Positions 41,709 to 50,958 of a stretch of 64,000 bases of DNA are shown one piece after another (within the stretch, counting starts at the first letter, position 1; each line of letters opens with the position of its first letter). The position numbers and the translations under genes were made by a program. Under the pieces are notes generated by a model. It ran no database searches, had not been told where the DNA came from, and worked only from the letters and a program-made list of their open reading frames with translations. This DNA is from Thermodesulfobacteriota bacterium (GTDB lineage Bacteria > Desulfobacterota > BSN033 > UBA1163). Where the stretch lies: the NCBI GenBank assembly GCA_036769565.1, contig DAIPKW010000003.1:8378-72377 (forward strand), in the 5' to 3' direction.

Positions 41709-42569
41709 TTACAGATATTTACCGATGATCGGTTCCAAATCCTTCTTCGTCTTTTCGGGGATCAACTTTTTGCTGGTGATCAAGGCATGCTTCAATGCCT
41801 CCGAGCAGATGCAGTCCCTCTTTTCAGGCAGTTTTTTTATGGCCGTCCGGATGGTGCTTTTGGCCGTTCGGACGCTCTGAGCAAGAATTCTCAAGACCTC
41901 TCCAATGGAGACATCCCCTGCCTCCTGGTGCCAGCAATCGTAATCGGTTGCAAAGGCGATGGTGGCGTAACAGATTTCCGCCTCCCGGGCAAGCCTTGCT
42001 TCTGGAAGATTGGTCATACCAATGATATCCACTCCCCAGGAACGGTATAATCTCGATTCCGCCCGTGTCGAAAACTGTGGTCCTTCAATACAGAGATAGG
42101 TTCCCTTTGGGTGAACCGTAGCCCCCACTTCTTCTCCGGCCTGTGCAAGAATTTGGCTCAGAGCAGGACAGACCGGGTCAGCAAAGCTGATGTGGCAAAC
42201 GATCCCTTCGCTGAAGAAGGTGCTGGCACGTCCAACCGTGCGATCGATGAACTGGTCAGGGATAATCATATCTCCTGGATGGATGTTTTCCTTCATGGAT
42301 CCTACGGCGCTGACTCCGATAATCCATTGAACCCCCAGCATCTTCATGCCCATAATATTGGCTCTAAAATTAAGGGATGAAGGCTGGATGCGATGTCCCT
42401 TTCCGTGGCGGGGTAAAAAGATGATCTTCATCCCTTCAAGGCGGCCCGTAATAAAAACATCCGAAGGATCGCCAAACGGCGTCTTGATCGAAACCTCTTC
42501 TACTTCTTCCAAACCTTCCATCTCATAGAGTCCCGATCCACCGATCACCCCTACAATCCGTTCCGACAT
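41709..42569 (-). CDS. mtnP: S-methyl-5'-thioadenosine phosphorylase
   Basis: RIVGVIGGSGLY N-terminus and PNP/MTAP family motifs. Confidence 0.85.
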   Translation of the reverse strand: MSERIVGVIGGSGLYEMEGLEEVEEVSIKTPFGDPSDVFITGRLEGMKIIFLPRHGKGHRIQPSSLNFRANIMGMKMLGVQWIIGVSAVGSMKENIHPGDMIIPDQFIDRTVGRASTFFSEGIVCHISFADPVCPALSQILAQAGEEVGATVHPKGTYLCIEGPQFSTRAESRLYRSWGVDIIGMTNLPEARLAREAEICYATIAFATDYDCWHQEAGDVSIGEVLRILAQSVRTAKSTIRTAIKKLPEKRDCICSEALKHALITSKKLIPEKTKKDLEPIIGKYL

Positions 42570-42790
42570 TTAAGACCTCCTCTACCCTTTAGAGACATGG
42601 CTGTAAACAAGAGGAATATGGAGTGTCATGTCCCTGTTTGGCAGCGATGAGATAGATGAAAACTTCCCAACGGGGTTTATTTTTTCAAAATGTTAATTGA
42701 TTTCATCCACCCTGTCAAACAGGCGATCACTTTTCACCTTTATTCAGGACTTGATGAGAAGAAGGGATAACGTTGTTCTGAAGGTTTGAT

Positions 42791-43828
42791 TCAGACCTTC
42801 CCCTGGAGCTGGCCGCAGGCGGCGGAGATATCTGTTCCTTTGCTGGCACGAACAATGGCTGTCAACCCAGCTCTCATCAGAATCTCTTGAAACTCCCTCA
42901 CCCTTTCTTCGGTCGGTTTTTTGAAGGGAATTTCCGGAGCCTCATTGAGTGGGATGAGGTTAATCTTTGAGGGAATGCCCTTCAAGAGTTGGATCAGCCG
43001 CTTTGCATCACCCGTAGAATCGTTAACCCCCTCCAGCAAGACATACTCAAATGTGATTCTTGCTCTTCGTTTGAGAGGAAAGTTTCTCAAAACTTTTAAA
43101 ACTTCTTTCATCGGATGACGGCGGTTTATCGGCATGAGATGGCTTCGCGTCTCTTCATCTGATGCATTGAGCGAGAGGGCAAGACGAAACCGGATTTTTT
43201 CATTTAAAAGTTTTTTCAATTCCGGAAGGAGACCTGCTGTGGAAAGGGTGATCCTTCTGGATGAAAAACAGAATCCATCTGGATGGGCCATCAATTCAAT
43301 CGCTTTGAGCGTGTTGGTGTAATTGGCCAGAGGTTCTCCCATTCCCATGAGCACGATGTTGGTGATTGAACTTTTATCATGCAGATGTTCTTTTGCTGCC
43401 AAGATTTGGTTGACGATCTCAGAGACCGAGAGGTTCCTCTTCAATCCCATTTTGCCTGTGAGACAGAATCGGCACCCGAGCCTGCAGCCTACCTGAGTGG
43501 AGACACAAAGGGTGAGCCGGGACTTATCTGGGATCAATACGCTTTCGATCCGATTTCCATCCTCGAGCTCAAAGAGAAATTTATTGGTTCTGTCTTTAGC
43601 TTCCTCGATACGAATAGGGTTCAAATTTGAAATTCGGCTGACCTGGCCCAACTGCTCACGGAATCTCTTCGAAAGATTCGTCATCTCGTCAAAAGAACAA
43701 ACGCCTTTCTGGTAGAGCCATCTTAGGATCTGGGTCGATCGGTATCGTTCCTTCCCAAACGTGGCGATGAAACCTTCCAGCTCAGGAGGGCTGAAATTTT
43801 TCAGGTCAACTCTCTCCAAGCAATTCAT
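42791..43828 (-). CDS. rlmN: 23S rRNA/tRNA adenine-C2 methyltransferase RlmN (radical SAM)
   Basis: CxxxCxxC cluster GCRLGCRFCLTG, MGMGEPLAN, and the C-terminal catalytic Cys region. Confidence 0.85.
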   Translation of the reverse strand: MNCLERVDLKNFSPPELEGFIATFGKERYRSTQILRWLYQKGVCSFDEMTNLSKRFREQLGQVSRISNLNPIRIEEAKDRTNKFLFELEDGNRIESVLIPDKSRLTLCVSTQVGCRLGCRFCLTGKMGLKRNLSVSEIVNQILAAKEHLHDKSSITNIVLMGMGEPLANYTNTLKAIELMAHPDGFCFSSRRITLSTAGLLPELKKLLNEKIRFRLALSLNASDEETRSHLMPINRRHPMKEVLKVLRNFPLKRRARITFEYVLLEGVNDSTGDAKRLIQLLKGIPSKINLIPLNEAPEIPFKKPTEERVREFQEILMRAGLTAIVRASKGTDISAACGQLQGKV

Positions 43829-44045
43829 GAAAGAATGTCAGCCTCGAACAATAAAAATATTTCCCTCTTCTTTATCCTCTTCCCACTGGGGCTGTTTCAT
43901 AAATACTATTTTGTCACCCTGAATTTATTTCAGGGTCTCGTAATTGGTTGAATTCATTAGATCCTGAACCAAGTTCAGGATGACATTTTTAGGAATTACC
44001 TAATTATAACACAGCCTCTCTGGGGAGGAGGGAGGGTGAGGGATC

Positions 44046-44465
44046 TCAATCTGAAAAGATCTCCAGGGCATTGAAGAAATATTTGATTTCGAAGGCAGCG
44101 GTTTCAACCGCATCCGATCCATGAACAATATTCCGTTCGATATTCGATGCGAACTGTCGCCTCAGAGTTCCTTCTTCTGCCTTTTGGGGATCTGTGGCTC
44201 CCATCAGTTCCCTCGTTTTTGAGATGGCGGCATCCCCTTCAAGAACCATAACCACGCAGGGCCCAGAAGACATGAAGGTGGTCAGGCTTTCAAAGAAGGC
44301 TTTGCCCCGATGGACTGCATAGAAGCCCTCTGCTTCCTTCTTATCCAAATGGATCATCTTCAATCCAATGACTTTTAGACCATTTCCCTCAAAGCGTTTG
44401 ATGACCTCGCCGATCAAACTTTTGCTCACACCATCCGGTTTAACAATTGATAATGTCCTTTCCAT
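44046..44465 (-). CDS. ndk: nucleoside diphosphate kinase
   Basis: MERTLSIVKPDGV and active-site NIVHGSD. Confidence 0.9.
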   Translation of the reverse strand: MERTLSIVKPDGVSKSLIGEVIKRFEGNGLKVIGLKMIHLDKKEAEGFYAVHRGKAFFESLTTFMSSGPCVVMVLEGDAAISKTRELMGATDPQKAEEGTLRRQFASNIERNIVHGSDAVETAAFEIKYFFNALEIFSD

Positions 44466-44638
44466 GAGGTCCTCCTGTCAACAGATTGTTCGCTCCTAAT
44501 CTATCTTTCTTAAAACTGTATTGTCAAGACAGGGAAGAATTGTTGTCATAGAAATCGGTTTAAAACCGATCCCTACTTTAGCCAACACCTCAACATTGAC
44601 AAGGGAGAGTATGTTCGACTATAAGGTATATAAATTTT

Positions 44639-44800
44639 GATTTATCCGGCTTTCATAAAGGTGCTTTCCCTCTCTTAAGGATAAGAAGGGGAGGGGAGTT
44701 ATAGGATATAGAAAGCGTCCTATCTGAAATGGAACGAAAAATAGCCCCTCCTCACCTCCCCTTAACCTAAGGGGGTACCTGCTCAATTGCCGGATGAACC
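44639..44800. repeat. family-2 IR-flanked intergenic element (right arm ...GGTACCTGCTCAATTGCCGGATGAACC)
   Basis: Left arm gatttatccggctttcat...cttaaggataag and right arm ccttaacctaagggggtacctgctcaattgccggatgaacc are mutually inverted and homologous to the arms at 62366-62395 and 62566-62596. Confidence 0.45.
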
Positions 44801-44825
44801 ATAAATTTCCAAAAAGGAGAATTCG

Positions 44826-45758
44826 ATGGAGGCGAGACAAGAAAAACCTTACGATGTGATTATCATCGGGGGAGGACCTGCAGGAATGACGGCCGGACTC
44901 TATGCGTCGAGGGCGAAGCTCCGCACCCTTCTGATTGAGAGCGGCCTATTCGGAGGCCAAATGACGACGACGGAGTTGATTGAAAACTTCCCGGGCTTTC
45001 CGCAAGGGGTGAGCGGTGAGGAATTGAGCAGGCTGATGGAGGAGCAGGCAAAACGGTTTGGAATGGAGACGATCAGCGACGAGGTGACAGAGGTTTCTTT
45101 AGAGAGAGACCTGAAAAGAGTGAAGACTTATGGCGGAGAATATTTATGTCGGGCGCTCATCATCTGTACGGGGACGGAGTACCGGAGATTGGGCGTGCCG
45201 GGCGAGGAAGAGTTCAGAGGCAGAGGGGTTTCCTATTGTGCCACCTGTGATGGCGCCTTCTTCAAGGATAGCCGGATTGTTGTCGTGGGAGGAGGTGACT
45301 CTGCTCTCACCGAGGCCCTGTTCCTGACGAAGTTTGTAAAGGAGTTGACCATTATTCATCGGAGAGATGCCCTGCGGGCGACGAAGATATACCAGGAAAG
45401 AGCGCTCAACCATCCCAAGATCAGATTTCTATGGAATTCTGTGGTCCAGGAGATCAAAGGCGATAACGTTGTCCGCTCTGTCGTTGTGAAGGATGTGAAG
45501 TCCGGGGAAGTGAGGGAAGTGGAGACCGAAGGCGCTTTTCTCTTTGTCGGATTGGTCCCAAGAACACAATTTCTTAAAGGGCTGGTTCTTCAGGATGAAT
45601 CCGGATATATCATTACGGATGAGAAGTGTGAAACCTCAGTGAAAGGCATCTTTGCGGCTGGAGATTGCCGGAAGAAACTCCTGCGTCAGATTTCAACCTC
45701 GGTAGGAGATGGAGCAACAGCGGCTTTTGCTGCCGAGAAATATCTGGAAGAAGGATAA
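44826..45758 (+). CDS. trxB: thioredoxin-disulfide reductase
   Basis: FAD motif IIIGGGPAGMTA, redox centre CATCDG, NADPH motif VVGGGDSA. Confidence 0.9.
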   Translation: MEARQEKPYDVIIIGGGPAGMTAGLYASRAKLRTLLIESGLFGGQMTTTELIENFPGFPQGVSGEELSRLMEEQAKRFGMETISDEVTEVSLERDLKRVKTYGGEYLCRALIICTGTEYRRLGVPGEEEFRGRGVSYCATCDGAFFKDSRIVVVGGGDSALTEALFLTKFVKELTIIHRRDALRATKIYQERALNHPKIRFLWNSVVQEIKGDNVVRSVVVKDVKSGEVREVETEGAFLFVGLVPRTQFLKGLVLQDESGYIITDEKCETSVKGIFAAGDCRKKLLRQISTSVGDGATAAFAAEKYLEEG

Positions 45759-45850
45759 AGAATAAACATTGGGTGTGGGCAAAGCAGAGGAGGCCCATAT
45801 CGTTGATTAAAGGTCATGTTGATTGTCTTATTTAAAGAGTATCATAGGGC

Positions 45851-46216
45851 ATGAAGAGTCGTCTTTTAACCATTCTCCTCTTATTCCTTGGTGCCTTGAT
45901 CCTCCCTGGGATCTCTTTCGGAGAGGAAGTCAATCAGGATGGATGGCCAATTCCAGATTTGAGAAACCTCGTTCCTTACTCCATTGCCATTCAGAGGGCG
46001 GATGGAGCGGAGAAGATCGTTGAGAAATATTATACTTCGGATGGGGGCCATGTAGCCAGATTGATTGGAAATGGAAAGATATATGCCTACGCTGTGGATA
46101 GAGATAGAGAACCTCCGATTGACTACCTTCTCCTTGATACGGAAGGGTTTGGCAAATTTACGGTTCGATTGAAATCGAATGAAACCTATAGACTTCCGGA
46201 GTGGATTTTTCGTTAA
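45851..46216 (+). CDS. hypothetical secreted protein
   Basis: Clear signal peptide MKSRLLTILLLFLGALILPGISFG; no recognisable family. Confidence 0.45.
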   Translation: MKSRLLTILLLFLGALILPGISFGEEVNQDGWPIPDLRNLVPYSIAIQRADGAEKIVEKYYTSDGGHVARLIGNGKIYAYAVDRDREPPIDYLLLDTEGFGKFTVRLKSNETYRLPEWIFR

Positions 46217-46326
46217 CTTTTTTAGAGGGCGTATCCTATTTCCATATCTGCGTTTTTTATGTTATGATAAATGTAATTGAACGGACGAAACCAATCATGG
46301 TTTGAGACAGGAGGAGGTGAGAAGAG

Positions 46327-46545
46327 ATGAGAGAGAGCGTGGAAAAGGCTTTGGAGAAGATTCGCCCTGCCCTGAAGGCAGATGGTGGAGATATTGAGTT
46401 GATCGATGTGGTGGATGGTGTGGTTAAGGTTAAGCTGACCGGTGCCTGTGGAGGATGCCCGATGTCGCAGATGACTTTGAAGATGGGCGTGGAAAGAGTC
46501 TTGAAGCAACAGGTTCCAGAAGTAAAGAGCGTTGAAACGGCGTAA
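46327..46545 (+). CDS. nfu: NifU-like (Nfu-type) Fe-S cluster assembly domain protein
   Basis: GACGGCPMSQMTLK (CxxC motif of the Nfu C-terminal domain). Confidence 0.7.
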   Translation: MRESVEKALEKIRPALKADGGDIELIDVVDGVVKVKLTGACGGCPMSQMTLKMGVERVLKQQVPEVKSVETA

Positions 46546-46555
46546 GAAAGGGTAA

Positions 46556-46577
46556 GGGGGCTATGCCCCCTTTATCT
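46556..46577 (+). terminator. candidate Rho-independent terminator after nfu
   Basis: GGGGGCtatGCCCCC hairpin followed by TTTATCT. Confidence 0.4.
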
Positions 46578-46746
46578 CCTACCCCTACGATCTTTGTTTT
46601 TTAGTAACCCTTCGTCATCCAGAACCCTTTCGTTTTTGAGGCATCGAGATCCTCAGGACGTATTCCTCATTTAAACCTGAAACAAATCACTTGAAAAAAA
46701 GGATGGTCTCTCCTATGATATGCAAAAACGTCGAAGGAGGGCTCAG

Positions 46747-47220
46747 ATGAAAAGAGAATGGAAACGTTTTTTCAGTGCGGGGGTGATTCTTTTTCTTGTT
46801 ATTGGAGCTTATGGTTGCGGGGATCTCTTCTCCTTTCGGACCCTTCGTGAGAGAGAGCCAGAAGTAAAACAACCAATCACGACTTCCTATCGCTTTGAAG
46901 ATATTCCACTGCCACCGGGTATGAATCTCAATCGGAAAGAGTCCTTCGTCTATGAAACAAGGGCCATCCGGACAGGACTTCTTGTGTATGAGGGGAAGGG
47001 GGAGATAGAGCGGTTGGCCAATTTCTTTAAAGAACAGATGCCGAATTATCAATGGAGACTGGTAAGCAACTTCGAACTCCACAATGTCATGCTCACTTTT
47101 ATTAAGGAAGGTTGGAGCAGTGTGATCTACATCCAACCCCAGGCCGATGAGACGAAGCGGATTGAGATCCGGGTGGGTCCGATAGAGATTAAGATTCTTC
47201 CTGGAACGACATCGAAATAG
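46747..47220 (+). CDS. putative lipoprotein (LolB-like by position upstream of ispE-prs; unverified)
   Basis: Signal peptide plus lipobox-like GAYGC. LolB-ispE-prs is a conserved order, but I see no clear sequence similarity to LolB. Confidence 0.4.
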   Translation: MKREWKRFFSAGVILFLVIGAYGCGDLFSFRTLREREPEVKQPITTSYRFEDIPLPPGMNLNRKESFVYETRAIRTGLLVYEGKGEIERLANFFKEQMPNYQWRLVSNFELHNVMLTFIKEGWSSVIYIQPQADETKRIEIRVGPIEIKILPGTTSK

Positions 47221-47275
47221 AAGGATTGAAGGTCCTAAGGGTAACCTTCTCTAAACCGAAGAGAACTATTGATAT

Positions 47276-48130
47276 ATGGCCGATTCCATCACCTTAGAGT
47301 CACCCGCCAAGGTCAATCTGAGGCTGGAGATTCTCGAAAAAAGAGAGGATGGATACCACGAGATCCGAACCATCTTCCAGAAGATCAGTCTTCATGATAC
47401 ACTCCATTTCTCCCTGAGTAGGGAAAAAGGGATCCGGATTAAGACGGAACATCCTTTCCTTCCGACAGGCAGAAAGAATCTGGTCTATCAGGCAGTGCAA
47501 TCCATGTTGAAGCGATCCGATTACAGAGGAGGGGTTGATATCCTGATCAAAAAGCGGATTCCTCTTGGGGGTGGACTGGGCGGGGGAAGCAGTAATGCAG
47601 CTACTGCACTGAAGGCAATCGATCAACTTCTCAAGATGGATTTGGGTAGGAAGGAGTTGATGGAAGAAGGGGTAAAGCTCGGAGCAGATGTACCTTTTTT
47701 CTTAATGGGAGGATCTGCGATAGGTTTAGGAATCGGAGAGAGATTGAGAAAAATTACACTACCTCCATTATGGTTTATTCTCATCTATCCAAAATTTGAG
47801 GTATCTACCCGCTGGGCATACAAACATTTCGTATTGACAAAAACAAAATATCATTTTAATCTTCATAAGTTATTGAAATCATCCAAAGGGATTGCGAGCC
47901 TCCTTAAAAACGATCTGGAAGGGGTTGTTTCAAAGAAATATACAGAGATTGACCTGATGAAAAGAATGCTTCTTTCCCAGGGGGCAGTAGGGACCTTGAT
48001 GACCGGAAGTGGGCCTACTGTATTTGGCCTATTTTCGAAAGAGGAAGAGGCGATCGAAGCATTCCAACCGCTAAAAAGAGAAGTTAAGGAAAGAGGCTGG
48101 GAGATTTTTCTGGCACATAGCATCTCATAG
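47276..48130 (+). CDS. ispE: 4-diphosphocytidyl-2-C-methyl-D-erythritol kinase
   Basis: AKVNL N-terminus and GHMP motif PLGGGLGGGSSNAA. Confidence 0.85.
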   Translation: MADSITLESPAKVNLRLEILEKREDGYHEIRTIFQKISLHDTLHFSLSREKGIRIKTEHPFLPTGRKNLVYQAVQSMLKRSDYRGGVDILIKKRIPLGGGLGGGSSNAATALKAIDQLLKMDLGRKELMEEGVKLGADVPFFLMGGSAIGLGIGERLRKITLPPLWFILIYPKFEVSTRWAYKHFVLTKTKYHFNLHKLLKSSKGIASLLKNDLEGVVSKKYTEIDLMKRMLLSQGAVGTLMTGSGPTVFGLFSKEEEAIEAFQPLKREVKERGWEIFLAHSIS

Positions 48131-48507
48131 AGATAGATATTATTCATATGTGGACGATGTCTTGAACATTGTCCACTGAACTCTAAATTCTAAACAGACC
48201 CAGAATCTGAAACTTAAAAGGTCATAACGTTTTGGGTTTTGTGTTTCTAAATTTTGCGTTTGTTGTAACACTTTGGCGTTTTGAAAAACCTTTTATAAAA
48301 TTCCTCCCAACCTCCCTTTGCCAGAGGGAGGGAACACCTCTCCCCCTTTGGCCTTTTCATCCCCATCTATAACGGGGCATAGGGGGTAGAGGGATTTTAT
48401 GATGATTCATTTAATCCATTGATTCACGAGCTTCTTCTTACAAAGCGTTAAAGTGTTACGGTCTGTCTCAGGTTTAAGTTTTTGAGCGTTGGATTTTTTG
48501 TTAAGGT

Positions 48508-48582
48508 TGGGGTGTCGTCAAGCGGTAAGACACAGGTCTTTGGAACCTGGATTCGGAGGTTCGAATCCTCCCACCCCAGCCA
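48508..48582 (+). tRNA. tRNA-Gln (anticodon UUG)
   Basis: Cloverleaf folded by hand: acceptor UGGGGUG/CACCCCA, anticodon stem CAGGU/ACCUG with loop CUUUGGA, T-arm GGAGG-UUCGAAU-CCUCC, discriminator G and CCA. It is close to E. coli tRNA-Gln as I recall it. Confidence 0.85.
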
Positions 48583-48651
48583 CTCTTCAGACCATAGTAA
48601 GCGGAAGGTGGAGAGTGGGGAAGGGAAATATTCCAGATTCAGGAGGACTCC

Positions 48652-49626
48652 ATGGTACGGAGAAGGGCGATCGTGGAGGAAGATAAGAATCTTGACTGGC
48701 TGAAGATCTTCACAGGGAACTCGAATATGGGTCTGGCCGAGGAGGTTGTCAAGAATCTGGGTACAGTCCTCGGAAAGTCCATGGTGAAGAATTTCAGCGA
48801 TGGAGAGATCCACGTAGAGATTGATGAAAGTGTTCGTGGGATGGATGTCTTCGTGATTCAGTCGATCTGCCACCCTGTCAATAATAATTTGATGGAGCTT
48901 CTTATCCTGATAGATGCCTTAAAAAGGGCTTCGGCCGAGAGGATTACAGCCGTATTGCCCTACTATGGATATGCAAGGCAGGATCGAAAGGTTTCCCCCC
49001 GAGCACCCATTTCAGCCAAATTGATAGCGGACTTGATTACTACCGCAGGGGCATCCCGGATACTTACGGTCGATCTCCATGCCGGACAGATTCAGGGCTT
49101 CTTTAATATTCCCGTCGATCATCTCTTTGCCGCTCCAGTGCTCTTAGAATATTTAAAGAATTTTAAGAATGATGTGGTGATCGTCTCTCCAGATGCAGGG
49201 GGCGTGGAGAGGGCGAGGGCTTATGCAAAACGTTTGAATAGTTCGTTGGCCATCATTGATAAACGAAGAGAAGGCCCCAACGTTTCACAAATAATGAATA
49301 TCATTGGAGATGTATCTGGGATGGTTGCCGTATTGGTGGACGATATGGTAGACACAGGGGGAACATTGGCCCGTGCGGCCTATACCTTAGTGGAGAAAGG
49401 AGCTAAAAAGGTTTATGCCTGTTGTACTCATCCGGTACTTTCGGGCAGGGCGGTTGAGATTCTAACTCAGGCTCCCATCGAGGAGATGATCGTAACGAAT
49501 ACGATTCCTCTTCGGGAAGAAGCAAGAGCCTGTCCAAAGATTAAGGTCCTATCCGTCTCCAGTCTTCTCGCAGATGCCATTCGAAGGATCTACGAAGATG
49601 AATCAGTGAGTTGTCTCTTTGTTTAA
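48652..49626 (+). CDS. prs: ribose-phosphate pyrophosphokinase
   Basis: [10 protein letters not shown]-terminal region, PRPP-binding [13 protein letters not shown], and the PRibTrfase domain. Confidence 0.9.
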   Translation: MVRRRAIVEEDKNLDWLKIFTGNSNMGLAEEVVKNLGTVLGKSMVKNFSDGEIHVEIDESVRGMDVFVIQSICHPVNNNLMELLILIDALKRASAERITAVLPYYGYARQDRKVSPRAPISAKLIADLITTAGASRILTVDLHAGQIQGFFNIPVDHLFAAPVLLEYLKNFKNDVVIVSPDAGGVERARAYAKRLNSSLAIIDKRREGPNVSQIMNIIGDVSGMVAVLVDDMVDTGGTLARAAYTLVEKGAKKVYACCTHPVLSGRAVEILTQAPIEEMIVTNTIPLREEARACPKIKVLSVSSLLADAIRRIYEDESVSCLFV

Positions 49627-49726
49627 AATAAGATAGTCACGTGGGGGTGAGTCGACTTTAGGAAAGGCTATTTGTTTTAACGCCATCCTCCACTCACCCG
49701 AGCGAATTTAGAAAGGGAGTGAACTT

Positions 49727-50368
49727 ATGGAAAGGCCATTATTAAGAGCGGAAATCAGGGAAGGCACAGGGAAAGGGATTGCAAGGAAATTGAGAGAGAA
49801 TGGACTTGTCCCTGCCATCTTCTATGGGCCCCGTTCCCAGACGATTCCCCTGACCGTCGATCCAAAAGAGTTGTCATCGACCCTTCAGACAGAGGCAGGA
49901 GGGAATGTGCTGATTGACCTTGAGATACGAAAGGGTGATCAGTCTGAACGGAAGGTGGTCATGGTGAAGGAACTCCAGTTCGACCATCTTCAGAAGAGGC
50001 TATTGCATACCGACTTTTATGAGGTAGCAATGGATGTCATGGTGACAGTAGAGGTTCCAATTCATCTCGTTGGAAAACCCGAAGGAACCAAGATGGGAGG
50101 CGTTCTCGAACAGATTCGTAGGGTCATTGAGATCCAATGCCTTCCTGGCGATATTCCCAAAAGCATCGATGTGGATGTCAGCGCTCTCAAGATCGGCGAC
50201 TCAATCCATGTGAATGACATTCATGTGGAGAAAGCTAAAATTTTATCAGATACCAACTTCACCATAGCAACCGTTGTTCCGCCAGTCGTCGAAGAGAAGA
50301 AGGTGGAAGAGGTGGCTGCAGAAGTGGCTGAGGGAGCGGAGGTCAAAGAGAAGGAGGAGAAAGAATAG
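49727..50368 (+). CDS. rplY: 50S ribosomal protein L25 / general stress protein Ctc
   Basis: L25 N-domain (RAEIREGTGKGIARKLRENGLVPAIFYG) plus an acidic C-terminal extension. Confidence 0.85.
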   Translation: MERPLLRAEIREGTGKGIARKLRENGLVPAIFYGPRSQTIPLTVDPKELSSTLQTEAGGNVLIDLEIRKGDQSERKVVMVKELQFDHLQKRLLHTDFYEVAMDVMVTVEVPIHLVGKPEGTKMGGVLEQIRRVIEIQCLPGDIPKSIDVDVSALKIGDSIHVNDIHVEKAKILSDTNFTIATVVPPVVEEKKVEEVAAEVAEGAEVKEKEEKE

Positions 50369-50374
50369 TTTAGA

Positions 50375-50956
50375 GTGAAAATCATTGTGGGACTGGGAAA
50401 CCCGGGGACTCTGTATGAGAGGAGCCGGCATAATATTGGTTTTTTAGTGGTGGATCGGCTTTCAGCCACACATCATATTCTCATCTCCACAAAACGCTTC
50501 AAAGCACTCTTTGGAAAAGGAAGGATCGATACCCAAGAGATTGTCCTCACCAAACCGATGACCTTTATGAATCTCAGTGGAGAGGCTGTTACCAAGGTGC
50601 TCTCCTTTTTCCACTGTGGGCCAGAGGACTTGATCGTGATTCACGACGATCTGGATCTTCCCCTTGGCCGGCTCCGCTTCAAATTGCGAGGAGGAGATGG
50701 AGGGCATCTCGGGGTACGCTCCATCATCGAGTCGTTAGGCGATCCTGCTTTTTTAAGGTTGAAAGTGGGTATCGGAAGGCCTCCAAGAGAGATGGACCCT
50801 GCTGAGTATGTTCTGAGTCCCTTTGACCGAATTGAACATCCCCTTCTCCTCAGAGCCATTGATCAGGCAGCAGAGGCGATTGAGGTTGCGATCATTGATG
50901 GGATACCGACAGCAATGAATCGGTTTCAGAAAAAAATCAAAATAGAGGAGGGTTAA
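50375..50956 (+). CDS. pth: peptidyl-tRNA hydrolase
   Basis: KIIVGLGNPG...RHNIGF N-terminus; GTG start; after ctc as usual. Confidence 0.85.
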   Translation: MKIIVGLGNPGTLYERSRHNIGFLVVDRLSATHHILISTKRFKALFGKGRIDTQEIVLTKPMTFMNLSGEAVTKVLSFFHCGPEDLIVIHDDLDLPLGRLRFKLRGGDGGHLGVRSIIESLGDPAFLRLKVGIGRPPREMDPAEYVLSPFDRIEHPLLLRAIDQAAEAIEVAIIDGIPTAMNRFQKKIKIEEG

Positions 50957-50958
50957 AT

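Noticed and set aside
40871-41728. 285-aa ORF on the plus strand spanning rsmD, a hairpin spacer and the Mut7-C gene
   Set aside because: It lies entirely antisense to two well-supported minus-strand genes and crosses a repeat-rich spacer. It has no motifs and a low-complexity composition, so I treat it as a shadow ORF.
43916-43981. Two CCTGAA...TTCAGG hairpins between the rlmN start and the ndk end, as terminators
   Set aside because: The T-tract sits on the plus strand, with no upstream plus-strand gene. On the minus strand the hairpins are not followed by a U-run. Their role is unclear, so I did not call them as terminators.
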